A stretch of 64,000 nucleotides of DNA from Dehalococcoidia bacterium (GTDB lineage: Bacteria > Chloroflexota > Dehalococcoidia > UBA6926), in contig CAXXET010000004.1 of NCBI GenBank assembly GCA_963666115.2, forward strand, positions 128,001-192,000, read 5' to 3'. This document shows positions 1-9,113 of the stretch, piece after piece. The notes below the pieces were generated by a model. That model was not told the origin of the DNA and searched no databases. It saw nothing but the letters and a program-made list of their open reading frames with translations. Numbering within the stretch: the first letter of the stretch is position 1; every line of letters begins with the position of its first letter. Both the position numbers and the translations under genes were made by a program.

Positions 1-658
1 TGCGCTCCAAACCGTCCGTCGGATTGATGGCGTGGAGCAAATCGGCAAGGTCCGGCTTGTCCGGCAAATCATGGCCGTAGCGGTCGACGATTTGCCCCAA
101 CAGCGTGATTTCCTTCACGCCCCGCGCCGCCAGCATCTCCGCCTCTCGCACAAGCTCCTCCACCGGCCGGCTCGTCTCCCGTCCCCGCCGGTACGGCACA
201 ATGCAGTACGTGCAAAACTCATCGCACCCCTGGATGACGGGCACGAACGTGCTCACCGCCGGCTGCGAAGGAACCAGGAACGCCTGGTCCGTGTCGCAGG
301 ACAGCCCTTGCCTATCCGCCGCAAACTCAACGAGCGCCGTAAAATCCTGCGGGCGCAGGAAGAAATCAACGTGCGGAAACCGCTCGCGCAGCGCGTCCGT
401 CCGCGGCCCAACCATGCACCCCATCAACGCAATCGTCGCGTCCGGGTTCTTCTTCTTGTGCGACTTCAAAGAATCCAGCCTGCCAACGACCTTGTCCTCC
501 GCCCCCTGGCGCACAACGCAGCTATTCAGGACAACGATGTCGGCATCTTCCGCCTTGTCAACCGCGTTGTAGCCCAACTGGTCAAGGGAAAGGCCGAGTC
601 GTTCGGAGTCGGCCGCGTTCATCTGGCAGCCAACCGTCCAGACGTGATAGCTGGTCAT
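1..658 (-). CDS. miaB: tRNA-i6A37 methylthiotransferase MiaB, 5' part (runs off the window edge)
   Basis: Not in the ORF track. Manual translation gives MTSYHVWTVGCQMNAADSE...VLNSCVVRQGAEDK...MGCMV (UPF0004 domain) and the radical SAM motif VIQGCDEFCTYCIVPYRRGRE. Confidence 0.93.
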   Translation of the reverse strand, partial: MTSYHVWTVGCQMNAADSERLGLSLDQLGYNAVDKAEDADIVVLNSCVVRQGAEDKVVGRLDSLKSHKKKNPDATIALMGCMVGPRTDALRERFPHVDFFLRPQDFTALVEFAADRQGLSCDTDQAFLVPSQPAVSTFVPVIQGCDEFCTYCIVPYRRGRETSRPVEELVREAEMLAARGVKEITLLGQIVDRYGHDLPDKPDLADLLHAINPTDGLER

Positions 659-691
659 TCCACGCTCCTCCGCATCCCCGTTAATGCGTAA

Positions 692-785
692 TGGCGGAGG
701 GAATGGGATTCGAACCCATGTGTCCCGATTAAAGGACAAACCGCTTAGCAGGCGGCCGCACTAGACCTGGCTATGCGATCCCTCC
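692..785 (-). tRNA. tRNA-Ser(GCT)
   Basis: Acceptor stem GGAGGGA/TCCCTCC-G-CCA, anticodon loop CT-GCT-AA, long variable arm, GGTTCGAATCC T-arm. Confidence 0.95.
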
Positions 786-896
786 GCGAAATGCCGTGCG
801 CTGAGACCGTCGGCCTCGTTTACACTGCGTTCACCATGATACAACGGTTAACGCAAACACCAAAGAATCAGCCGCAGGAACTCGCGTGAGACCACA

Positions 897-1433
897 ATGA
901 CCGGCAACGACGAGAACGAACTGAGCCGCCGCGCCTTCCTCACAATGGCATGGCGGCGTGACAGCGAGGCTGCTCTGGCGGAACAGTCTCCGTCCGCGCA
1001 GCAAGCCGCGAATCTCGTCTTGCTCGGCGCCATTCCTGCCCTGCGCGATCTGGCCGTCGGCGAGGTTCTCGCGTCCCCCCGCCGCGCAGACATCCACGCC
1101 GTCCGAACGCCTACCGGCATCCTGGCGCTGCGCGCTCGCTGCCCAAACGACGGCGCCCTCGTTCCATGGCGCGGCGATGACCGCTCCGAAGACGAAATAG
1201 CCCCGATCGGACGATTCTACTGTTCGAGAGACGCCTCGATATTCAACCGGCTTGGTGAACTAGTGGCCGGCCCGGCGGACGCCCCCCTCCCCGCCCTAAT
1301 CATCATCGAGCGCAACGGCAGCCTCTACGCAGACGAAGCAAAACCGGAACCCTCGCAAACCGAACCCCGCCTCCACCGCGAGTTCCCTCTCCCTCATCCT
1401 CCGTCATTCCCGCGAAAGCGGGAATCAGGGTGA
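897..1433 (+). CDS. Rieske-fold-like protein with degenerate cluster ligands
   Basis: SRRAFL N-terminus; RCPNDGALVPW and FYCSRDASIFNRLGELVAGPA align with Rieske boxes CxHxGC and CPCHGS..GP, but both His are replaced. Confidence 0.65.
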   Translation: MTGNDENELSRRAFLTMAWRRDSEAALAEQSPSAQQAANLVLLGAIPALRDLAVGEVLASPRRADIHAVRTPTGILALRARCPNDGALVPWRGDDRSEDEIAPIGRFYCSRDASIFNRLGELVAGPADAPLPALIIIERNGSLYADEAKPEPSQTEPRLHREFPLPHPPSFPRKRESG

Positions 1434-1436
1434 GGG
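1383..1436. repeat. Composite REP-like palindrome: GTCATTCCCGCGAAAGCGGGAATC nested in a TTCCCTCTCCCT...AGGGTGAGGG element
   Basis: Palindrome is directly visible; flanks match 43159-43193 and the core resembles 22795-22821. Confidence 0.8.
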
Positions 1437-2270
1437 CTCCAACAGCACATACCCCCGCCGCCTTAACCGTGAAAACGCCCGCCGCGGGTCCAACGCCAAC
1501 AGCGCCGCGTACTTCCTCAACTCCTCCATCCGTTGCGGATCCCCCGTCCGCCGCCACGCGTTGTAGCTGTCCAGCATGAGATTCGTCACGCGCTGAACGT
1601 CCACGCCGTGGATGAACGTCTGCGCCACCTCGGACAGGACCTCCGCGTAGATGTCGAAGTTGTTGGACAGCCGGCTCAGGACGCGGTCCAGGCCCGTCCA
1701 GCGCGCCAGTTCATGTTCCGACGCAAGCGCGTAATGGCTCCGCCCCAACCGCGTGTAGTAGCTGATGTCCAGGCGCGGAATCGCCTGCATTGCGGGGTTG
1801 CGGCGCCGTCGCCACCTGCTGCGGCGTCCCGTCAGGCTCGCGGGAAAGATGCCGATGAGGAAGAGCGTGCTGTCCGCGATGTTGCGGTTCGCCTCGAAGA
1901 GGTTCTGCGCCTCCCGCGCCGCGCCGTGCTCCGCCTCCTCCATCAGGCTTTCCAGCAGGTTGCCAAAGTGCGCGGCGAGATCGGGAATCGGAAATATCTC
2001 CCGCATCCGAACGTGCCGCGCAAGCAATCCCCCAAGATAGTCAAGCGTAGCGATGCTGGTGCTGTGGCGGTTCGATGTAGAGCGCCTTGAGCAGGAAACA
2101 GGTCGAACAGGCTCTGCAGCTCAATCCGTTTGAGCTGCGTGATGTCCGTGTAGAAAGCCGTCAAGAAGCGTCTCGACCTCACGCGCGAAAGCGCGGTCGA
2201 CGATATTCCGCCCCTCATGCGCCGACGCCGTTTCCTTGAGAGCCTGTACGGCAGTCTCTACGTCCGCCAT
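1425..2270 (-). CDS. Conserved hypothetical protein (5' part frameshifted)
   Basis: SD GGAGAGG before ATG 2270. Reading switches frame (EVETLL / TAFYTDITQLKRIELQSLFDLF / LKALYIE / LDYLGGLLARH) before ORF 1425..2027, which has ADSTLFLIGIFP and SYYTRLGRSHY. Confidence 0.6.
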
Positions 2271-2356
2271 GTCCTCTCCCCGCGCTATTCCGCCTCAATT
2301 GTACTCTCTCCGGCAATTACGACACTGTCTGCCACCTCACCAGGGGCGATCCCTCA

Positions 2357-3490
2357 TCACGTATGCGCCGCGGCCGTTCCCCTGCGGCTCAGGTGCTCGA
2401 GATGCGAAAGCGTCTCCCCGACAGCCGCCCGCCGCAGAAACTCGTCCATCTCCTCCCATGACCCAACGTCCCACGGCACGCCTGCCGCAACCTCATACGC
2501 CGTGCGCGGCCCGCCGTCCGCCGCCGCAAGCACGGCATCCAGTCGCGCCGCGTGATGCTCGTGCAGTTCCGCGACGCGCCCCTTGAGATCGGTGAAGTGG
2601 TGCTCGTGCGCCGGCAGGACGAGATCAACGTCCAGTTCGCCCATCTTTGCCACCGAGTCAAGATAATCCCCCAGCGGATCCCCGTCGGACGTCATCCGCA
2701 CGGAGACGTTGGACGTGATGATCGGCAGGATGTGGTCGCCCGTAAACACGATTCGAGCTTCCTCATCCACCCAGCACAGGTGCCCCGGGGTGTGGCCGGG
2801 CGTCCAGAATGCGCGCAAATTGTGATTGCCCGTCTTGTAGACTTCCGAGCCATCGAGAAGAATGTCAGGCGGCTCGAACTCGCGGAACAGCGCCCACTGC
2901 CGCGCCTCCCGCTCTTCCCCCGCGCCTCTTTCCGCCGAATCGCCGTGCGAGGGAATCCCTTCCGGATGCTTTTGCCTCCGCTCTTCCTCCTCCGCTGCAC
3001 GCCGCGCCCGTCCGCTGCGCCCGCCGAAAAGCTCCCCTTGCAGCTCCTCCTCCGGCACGCCGTGTCGCCGGTACCAGTCCTTCATGCGGTCGGAGCCGCC
3101 TGCCCGCGCCGCCTTGGGATCGCGCTTGATGGCCTCCATCGCCTCGCGGAACGGGCTTTGCTCCCAGTCGATGCGGTGCATGGCCGTGCGCGCGCCGGTG
3201 AGCTTCTTGGCATCGATGGCAAGCCCGTAGTGATCCGGGTGGTTGTGCGTGATGAGGATGAAGTCGATCTGCCCCGGCTTGATGCCCAGCTGTCCCGCCA
3301 ACTGATCCTCCAGCGCCTCGATCCCTTCCTCTGTGCGAAGCCCGGTATCGATCAGGATGGGCTTGTCCGGGCCGGTAACCAGGTACGGCAGCGTGTAGCC
3401 GAGCGGGTTGTCGGGCATTGGAATACGCATCTGGAAGATGCCGGGGGCGACTTCGGTGACAGACTCAGCCATTTCGCGCGTGCCTCTCAT
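2357..3490 (-). CDS. MBL-fold metallo-hydrolase
   Basis: LIDTG, THNHPDHYG (HxHxDH), TPGHTPGH, FTGDH, LPAHE. Confidence 0.9.
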   Translation of the reverse strand: MRGTREMAESVTEVAPGIFQMRIPMPDNPLGYTLPYLVTGPDKPILIDTGLRTEEGIEALEDQLAGQLGIKPGQIDFILITHNHPDHYGLAIDAKKLTGARTAMHRIDWEQSPFREAMEAIKRDPKAARAGGSDRMKDWYRRHGVPEEELQGELFGGRSGRARRAAEEEERRQKHPEGIPSHGDSAERGAGEEREARQWALFREFEPPDILLDGSEVYKTGNHNLRAFWTPGHTPGHLCWVDEEARIVFTGDHILPIITSNVSVRMTSDGDPLGDYLDSVAKMGELDVDLVLPAHEHHFTDLKGRVAELHEHHAARLDAVLAAADGGPRTAYEVAAGVPWDVGSWEEMDEFLRRAAVGETLSHLEHLSRRGTAAAHT

Positions 3491-3611
3491 GCCATGTTGC
3501 CGCCGATTATATCAGCCGCGCGTCCGGATGCCCCATTCACATGCCCCATTCAGCCCAATCGTTTGCTATACTCACAAGTACGCGGGAGTTGGTATCGCAA
3601 GGGGGATTGTA

Positions 3612-5342
3612 GTGGCAGCAACACGAGATTTTGTCATCCGCTTCGCGGGTGAGGGCGGACAGGGCATGGTGACGGCATCCGAGGCCCTCGCCGCCGCAGC
3701 CGCCCAGGTCGGATACCACGTGATGACGTTCGTAACCTTCCCGTCCCAGATCATGGGCGGGCCCACGTGGAGCCAGTGTCGAATTTCCGTGACGCCGGCG
3801 CTCAGCAACGGCGACACCCTGGACGTGCTCGTCGCATTCAATGAGGAAGCCTACCAGGTTCACAAGGAAGAGCTTCGTGACGGCGGCATCCTCGTCTATG
3901 ACTCCGCCGTCTTTGAGGTGCCGGAGGAAGACAAGGGCGCGATGAACATCGTCGCCCTTCCCTACGAGGAGCTTGGAAAGTCCACCGGCAACCCCCGCGC
4001 CGCCAACATGGTCATCCTTGGCGCGGTTGCCCAGTTCGTCCAGTGGCCTGAACAGTACCTTGAGGACTTCAACGTCAAGCGCTTCACGCGCGGACGCCCG
4101 AACGACGCCGAGGTTGTCGCGGCCAACAGCATGGGCCTCGGTCTTGGGCGCGACGCGGCGAAGGCCAGCGGGTTCTCGCTCGGCGAGTTGGCGGCGCCCG
4201 ATCCGCCCGACTATGAGCAGATCATCATCAAGGGCAACGAGAGCTTTGGGCTGGGCGCGCTCGCCGGCGGCGTCAACTTCTTCGTCGGCTACCCCATCTC
4301 CCCGGCAACGTCCATCCTCGTCTTCATGGAGCAAAATCTCCGCGGCGAGGGCACGTTCGTCTACCAGGCAAGCTCTGAAATCGAATCCATCAGCACCATC
4401 GTCGGCGCAGGTTTCGTCGGCAAGAAGGCCATGACATCCACCGCCGGCCCCGGTTTCTCCCTGATGAGCGAGGGGCTCGGCATGGCGTGGATGATGGAGG
4501 TTCCCTGCGTCGTCGTCGACGTTCAGCGCGGCGGCCCCGCCACCGGACTCCCCACCAAGTCGGAGCAGTCCGACCTCTACATGGCGATGCACCCGGCGCA
4601 CGGCGACTCGCAGCTCCCGGTCATTGCCCCCGGCACCATCGAAGAGTGCTTCTACGCGGCCATGCACGCCCTCAACTGGGCGGAGCGCTACCAGGGCCCC
4701 GTCATCGTGCTCTCCGAGCACATGCTCTCCGAGCGCGTGCAGAACATCCGCAAGCCCGATCCCTCCCTCGTCGAAGTGGAGGCGCGCCAGATTTACACCG
4801 GCACGAACGGCTACAAGCGCTACGAAGGAGACACCGTGACCCCCATGCCCCTCCCTGGCGGCCCCGGCGCCTACGTCGCCAACGCGAGCGAGCACGATAC
4901 CATCGGCGACACCACACACCTCCCAATCCACCACGTCCGCGGCACGGATCGCCGGTTCGGCAAGTTGAAGCTCCTCGAGGACACGCCCTACGAGGCGCGC
5001 AACACGGACAATGACGTGGTCATCCTGCCCTGGGGCGGCTCCAAGGGCCCGGCCCATGAGGCCTATGAGCAGATGATGGAGAACGGCGTGCCGCTGGGCT
5101 GGTACTACACCATGTTCATCTCCCCGCTCAATCCCGCGCTGCTCGATGAGTTGCGCTCGAAGAAGCTCGTGCTGGTGCCGGAGCTCAACTACCTTGGGCA
5201 GTTGTCCTCCATCCTCCGCCAGCACGGCGTCAACGCGAAGTCCCTTACCCAGTACACGGGCCTGCCCTTCAAGGTGGCAGACCTGGTTGAGAGAGTCACC
5301 GCCGAGGTCGAGGCCATGGCGGGCAGCAAGGTCGGAGTCTAA
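3612..5342 (+). CDS. korA: 2-oxoacid:ferredoxin oxidoreductase alpha (gamma-alpha fused)
   Basis: AGEGGQG, GYPISPAT, STAGPGFSLMSE, QRGGPATGLPTK; GTG start after GGGGG SD. Substrate not determinable. Confidence 0.9.
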   Translation: MAATRDFVIRFAGEGGQGMVTASEALAAAAAQVGYHVMTFVTFPSQIMGGPTWSQCRISVTPALSNGDTLDVLVAFNEEAYQVHKEELRDGGILVYDSAVFEVPEEDKGAMNIVALPYEELGKSTGNPRAANMVILGAVAQFVQWPEQYLEDFNVKRFTRGRPNDAEVVAANSMGLGLGRDAAKASGFSLGELAAPDPPDYEQIIIKGNESFGLGALAGGVNFFVGYPISPATSILVFMEQNLRGEGTFVYQASSEIESISTIVGAGFVGKKAMTSTAGPGFSLMSEGLGMAWMMEVPCVVVDVQRGGPATGLPTKSEQSDLYMAMHPAHGDSQLPVIAPGTIEECFYAAMHALNWAERYQGPVIVLSEHMLSERVQNIRKPDPSLVEVEARQIYTGTNGYKRYEGDTVTPMPLPGGPGAYVANASEHDTIGDTTHLPIHHVRGTDRRFGKLKLLEDTPYEARNTDNDVVILPWGGSKGPAHEAYEQMMENGVPLGWYYTMFISPLNPALLDELRSKKLVLVPELNYLGQLSSILRQHGVNAKSLTQYTGLPFKVADLVERVTAEVEAMAGSKVGV

Positions 5343-5386
5343 GCGCCCCGCGCGCGGGCACAGTCGAAGGAGAGAGGTAGCAGACA

Positions 5387-6256
5387 ATGACGAAGCGGAA
5401 CCCCGAGTACGATTTCAAGTGGTGCCCCGGCTGCGGCGACTTTGGCGTCAAGCGCGCCATCGAGTTGACCATCGCAGCGCGCACCACCGAAATGGACATC
5501 CCGTTCGAGAACAACGTGATCATCGCCGGAATCGGTTGCTCGGGCAACCTGGTTCACCTGACGGACGGCCCCCAGCCGTTCGGTTTCCACGGCATCCACG
5601 GGCGCACCCTGCCCGTCGCGTTCGGCATCAAGAGCGGCAACCCCGATCTTGAAGTCATGGTTGTCGCCGGCGACGGCGATTTCCTCAGCATCGGCGCGGA
5701 GCACATCGGCCCCGCCGCCCAGCGCAACCTGAACGTCACCTGCGTGATCATGGACAACGGCGTCTACGGCCTCACCAAGGGGCAGAGTTCACCCACCACC
5801 CAGTTCGGCGTCGTCACCAGCACCACCCCCGGCGGCAAGATTGAGGGCGAGGTCAAGCCGTTCCAGTACTACCTGTCGCTGGGCGCATCCTTCGTCGCCT
5901 CCGCGTTCTCCAGCAAGCCGCGTGAGATGGCGCAGATGATCCGCGACGGCATGGACTATCCCGGCTTCTCTATCGTCCACGTCCAGTCGCCATGCACCAC
6001 CTACAACGACAACTACGATGTCCTCCGCGGCAACGCCAAGAAGGGCATTGATCCCCTGACCTATGACATCCCGGACAGCCACGACCCGACCAACTACGGC
6101 GAGGCCCTCAGGATCGCGCAGGACCCCGGCGTGCCGCTCGGCGTCCTGTACGCGGCGGACAACTCCGAGCCGCTCGACGTTCGCTACACCAACCTCAACG
6201 CCCGCCTGCGCTCCCGGGACATCGACCAGATGATTGAGTCGTTCGCAATCCAGTAG
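5387..6256 (+). CDS. korB: 2-oxoacid:ferredoxin oxidoreductase beta
   Basis: WCPGCGDFG, GIGCS, HGRTLP, TPP motif GDGD...DNGVYGLTKGQSSPT. Confidence 0.92.
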   Translation: MTKRNPEYDFKWCPGCGDFGVKRAIELTIAARTTEMDIPFENNVIIAGIGCSGNLVHLTDGPQPFGFHGIHGRTLPVAFGIKSGNPDLEVMVVAGDGDFLSIGAEHIGPAAQRNLNVTCVIMDNGVYGLTKGQSSPTTQFGVVTSTTPGGKIEGEVKPFQYYLSLGASFVASAFSSKPREMAQMIRDGMDYPGFSIVHVQSPCTTYNDNYDVLRGNAKKGIDPLTYDIPDSHDPTNYGEALRIAQDPGVPLGVLYAADNSEPLDVRYTNLNARLRSRDIDQMIESFAIQ

Positions 6257-6277
6257 ACGCGAACGAAACGGTCGCCA

Positions 6278-7513
6278 ATGGCCCGGCACACGCTGGAGGC
6301 CCGGCTCAGAGACGAAATACGGCGAAGGGGTCCAATCCCCTTCGCCGATTTCATGCGCGTCGCTCTCTATGACCCGGACGGCGGCTACTACAGCACCCTT
6401 GAAGACCGCATCGGCCCAACGGGTGATTTCTACACCTCCCCCGCCACCCACCCGGCCTTTGGCGCGCTGCTCGCCCTCCAACTCGAACGCTGCTGGGAAC
6501 TACTCGACAAGCCAGCGCAATTCACGATCATCGAAGAGGGCGGCGGCAAGGGCCGTCTCGCAGCCGACATTCTCGCCTACTCCCGCCACCTGGCCGCCGG
6601 TTTCAGCAACGCTGTCGATTACCACGTCGTGGAGCGTGGGCAAAACGGGCGCGTGACGCCGGACGAGATCCAAGCCGGCGCAATCATCTCCAATGAGCTG
6701 TACGACGCCATGCCGCGCCACCGTGTCATCCAACAAGGCCAAACGCTGTACGAACTGCTGGTGGACGCGACGGACGCCGGATTCATCGAGCTAATCGCAG
6801 AGCCGTCAACCCCGGAACTGGCTGAACGTATGCGGCGGCTGGACGTCACGCTGCCAAACGGCAGCAAGGCGGAGATCGACCTTGAAGGCGCCGCGCATCT
6901 GAAACAGAGCGCATCCCGCCTGCGGCGCGGGTTCGTCTTCACCATCGATTACGGCTATCCCGCCGCCACCCTCTACGACGGCTCGCGGCGGGAGGGCACC
7001 CTGCTCTGCTACCACCGCCACACGTCCTCCACCAACCCCTACATCCGGCTGGGCAAGCAGGACATCACGGCGCACGTGGATTTCACCTCGCTTGCATGGG
7101 CCGCGGAGGAGGCGGGGCTGCTGACAGAGGGGCTGCTCACCCAGCAGCGCTACTTGAAGAAGCTCGGTTCGCAGGCGTTTATCGACGCGCTGCGTGAGCG
7201 TGATCTCCCGCCGCAGGATGTCCTCGCGAACCGCATGGCGATTCTTGAACTCACCAGGCCAAACGGGTTCGGCGGATTCGGCGTCCTGGTTCACAGCACG
7301 GGCGCGGAGAACGGCGAACCGTTTGGCATCGACGACGTCGTCATAAGCCGCGCGCGTGGCGGTCTGGACGGCCTGCCCCCCGTCCTGCTCTCCCCGGACC
7401 ACATGCCCCTGCTCGCCGGACGCTATCCACAGTATTCTGAACTGGACAACATTTGGCCCGACACGCAGCGCCCCGACACGCAGAGAATCACAACAGGAGG
7501 CACACAGCCATGA
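6278..7513 (+). CDS. SAM-dependent methyltransferase, MidA/NDUFAF7 family
   Basis: ALYDPDGGYY, GDFYTSP, EEGGGKGRLA, SNELYDAMP, IDYG, QDITAHVDFT. Confidence 0.9.
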   Translation: MARHTLEARLRDEIRRRGPIPFADFMRVALYDPDGGYYSTLEDRIGPTGDFYTSPATHPAFGALLALQLERCWELLDKPAQFTIIEEGGGKGRLAADILAYSRHLAAGFSNAVDYHVVERGQNGRVTPDEIQAGAIISNELYDAMPRHRVIQQGQTLYELLVDATDAGFIELIAEPSTPELAERMRRLDVTLPNGSKAEIDLEGAAHLKQSASRLRRGFVFTIDYGYPAATLYDGSRREGTLLCYHRHTSSTNPYIRLGKQDITAHVDFTSLAWAAEEAGLLTEGLLTQQRYLKKLGSQAFIDALRERDLPPQDVLANRMAILELTRPNGFGGFGVLVHSTGAENGEPFGIDDVVISRARGGLDGLPPVLLSPDHMPLLAGRYPQYSELDNIWPDTQRPDTQRITTGGTQP

Positions 7514-7995
7514 CAGTAGCAGACAGGCTAAAGGAACTCGGCATCACCCTCCCCCCGCCCGCCACCCCCGGCGGCAACTACACCCCCGCCAACCTGGTAG
7601 GCCACACCCTCTACGTAGCAGGCCAACTCCCGACGGTTGACGGCGAGTTGGTCGCGACGGGCAAGGTCGGCGCGGACGTGACCATCGAGCAGGCGGCGGA
7701 GGCGGCTCGCATCTGCGCGCTAAACGCGCTGTCCGCCGCGGAAAACGTCCTTGACGGCGGGCTGGACGCGGTGGAATCCCTGACGCGCATCACGGTATTC
7801 GTCAATGCCGTGCCGGACTTCGCCCAGCAATCCATCGTGGCCAACGGCGCGTCAGATTTCCTCGTCGAAGTCCTCGGCGAAGCGGGCCGCCACGCCAGAA
7901 ACGCCATCGGAGTAGGCTCCCTCCCCCGCAACGCCCCAGTAGAAGTAGAAACCACCTTCAAAGTAAAGAGCAACGACAAACGATATTCGGGGTGA
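7510..7995 (+). CDS. RidA/YjgF family protein
   Basis: AGQLP, VANGASD, GRHARNAIGVGSLP.NAPVEVE; SD AGGAGG. Confidence 0.9.
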   Translation: MTVADRLKELGITLPPPATPGGNYTPANLVGHTLYVAGQLPTVDGELVATGKVGADVTIEQAAEAARICALNALSAAENVLDGGLDAVESLTRITVFVNAVPDFAQQSIVANGASDFLVEVLGEAGRHARNAIGVGSLPRNAPVEVETTFKVKSNDKRYSG

Positions 7996-8019
7996 CAGGT
8001 TTGGCTGCGCGGTTAGCCC

Positions 8020-8388
8020 TCAGGGGCGCGCCTCGATAACCACGCGGCCACCCTCGACGATTTCCACGTGGAGGTCATGGCCGTAGAGAAACTCCATGCC
8101 GACGATAGGTATCTCGCCAACCACGTTGGCTTCGGCTAGCCGCGGGGCGTTGCTCCACACAACGACGACCTGGCAAATATCGAAATCCACCGGCCGACCG
8201 TCCACCAGGGCTGCCCGGCCGGTTCGCAGCCGCGGCGCTTGCAGTTCGGCTATGAGTCCGGGCGGCAGCGCCAACGATCCGTCAAAGCCTGTGTCGATGA
8301 TTGCGTCAACGTCACGTCTTTCGCCCGCCGGAGTCAGCAAGGCAAGCCTGATGACAGGCACGTATGAGGTGAAATGCCCCAGGGTCAC
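8020..8388 (-). CDS. Clan AA (retropepsin-like) aspartic protease
   Basis: DAIIDTGFDGSLALP catalytic DTG and PIVGMEFL. Confidence 0.8.
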   Translation of the reverse strand: MTLGHFTSYVPVIRLALLTPAGERRDVDAIIDTGFDGSLALPPGLIAELQAPRLRTGRAALVDGRPVDFDICQVVVVWSNAPRLAEANVVGEIPIVGMEFLYGHDLHVEIVEGGRVVIEARP

Positions 8389-9056
8389 TGAGGACCCCGG
8401 CCCATGACTCCCCAGCCGAACTTCTGCATCTGCCCATGACCGACGCGCACGGACCAGACTTGACGTGCGCCTGAATGCCGCCAGCGCAGGAGTCCGACCG
8501 CAACGTCGCCCTCCTCACCTAGAGCCCACTCCCCGGTCTCAACATCAATAACGCAGATCTCACCGACGTGATCTTTCTCCACGAGATGGCGAATGTTCTC
8601 TTCGTAGATTTCGTCACCGAGCCGGGCGATCTCCTCGGTTGGGCGAGAGGGAGAGCGATTCGATCCTGCCAACAGGGTCACTCTCAGCGCCTCCCGTTCC
8701 TCATCGCTCATTCGCACATCTCCGGCGAGACCGGAAGAGTCACGATGAACCGACGTGGGCGTTCGTGGCGAAGCGGCAATTTTGTACGAGGCCCAGGGTC
8801 CAATTCGCAGCGACCAGACATTGTGAGCGTCACGGCTCTTCTCGCGTAGGCGCGCGCTCGCCTCCAGGCTATCCTCGCCAATCGCCCACGCGCCGCTGTC
8901 CACGTCAATCGCACAAACCTCGCCGGTGTGATCGTCGTCAACCAGAACCTCGATGCTGCTAACGTATATTTCTTCGCCCATTCGGCGGATTTCCGCTATA
9001 GGTCGGGATGGCGGCGCGGGTTCCGCCGGCGGGGGTTCCCTTTCTTCGGTTCTCAT
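8385..9056 (-). CDS. Hypothetical protein with two tandem ~70-aa domains
   Basis: Internal repeat G(E/D)EIY...HxGE(V/I)C(A/V)IDV(D/E)(S/T)G.WA(I/L)GE...VWS(L/V)R(I/V)G; overlaps the protease start. Confidence 0.7.
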   Translation of the reverse strand: MRTEEREPPPAEPAPPSRPIAEIRRMGEEIYVSSIEVLVDDDHTGEVCAIDVDSGAWAIGEDSLEASARLREKSRDAHNVWSLRIGPWASYKIAASPRTPTSVHRDSSGLAGDVRMSDEEREALRVTLLAGSNRSPSRPTEEIARLGDEIYEENIRHLVEKDHVGEICVIDVETGEWALGEEGDVAVGLLRWRHSGARQVWSVRVGHGQMQKFGWGVMGRGPQ

Positions 9057-9113
9057 ATGTCCGCCCTCATTGAGTATCCGTCGTTTTGCGACCAGTCTAA
9101 CACCACGAGCGCC

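Noticed and set aside
32-691. 219-aa plus-strand ORF
   Set aside because: Antisense shadow of miaB.
3537-5387. 616-aa minus ORF (also 8928..10577, 15709..17157, 15830..17305, 25441..27027)
   Set aside because: Antisense or off-frame shadows of clear genes, expected at high GC.
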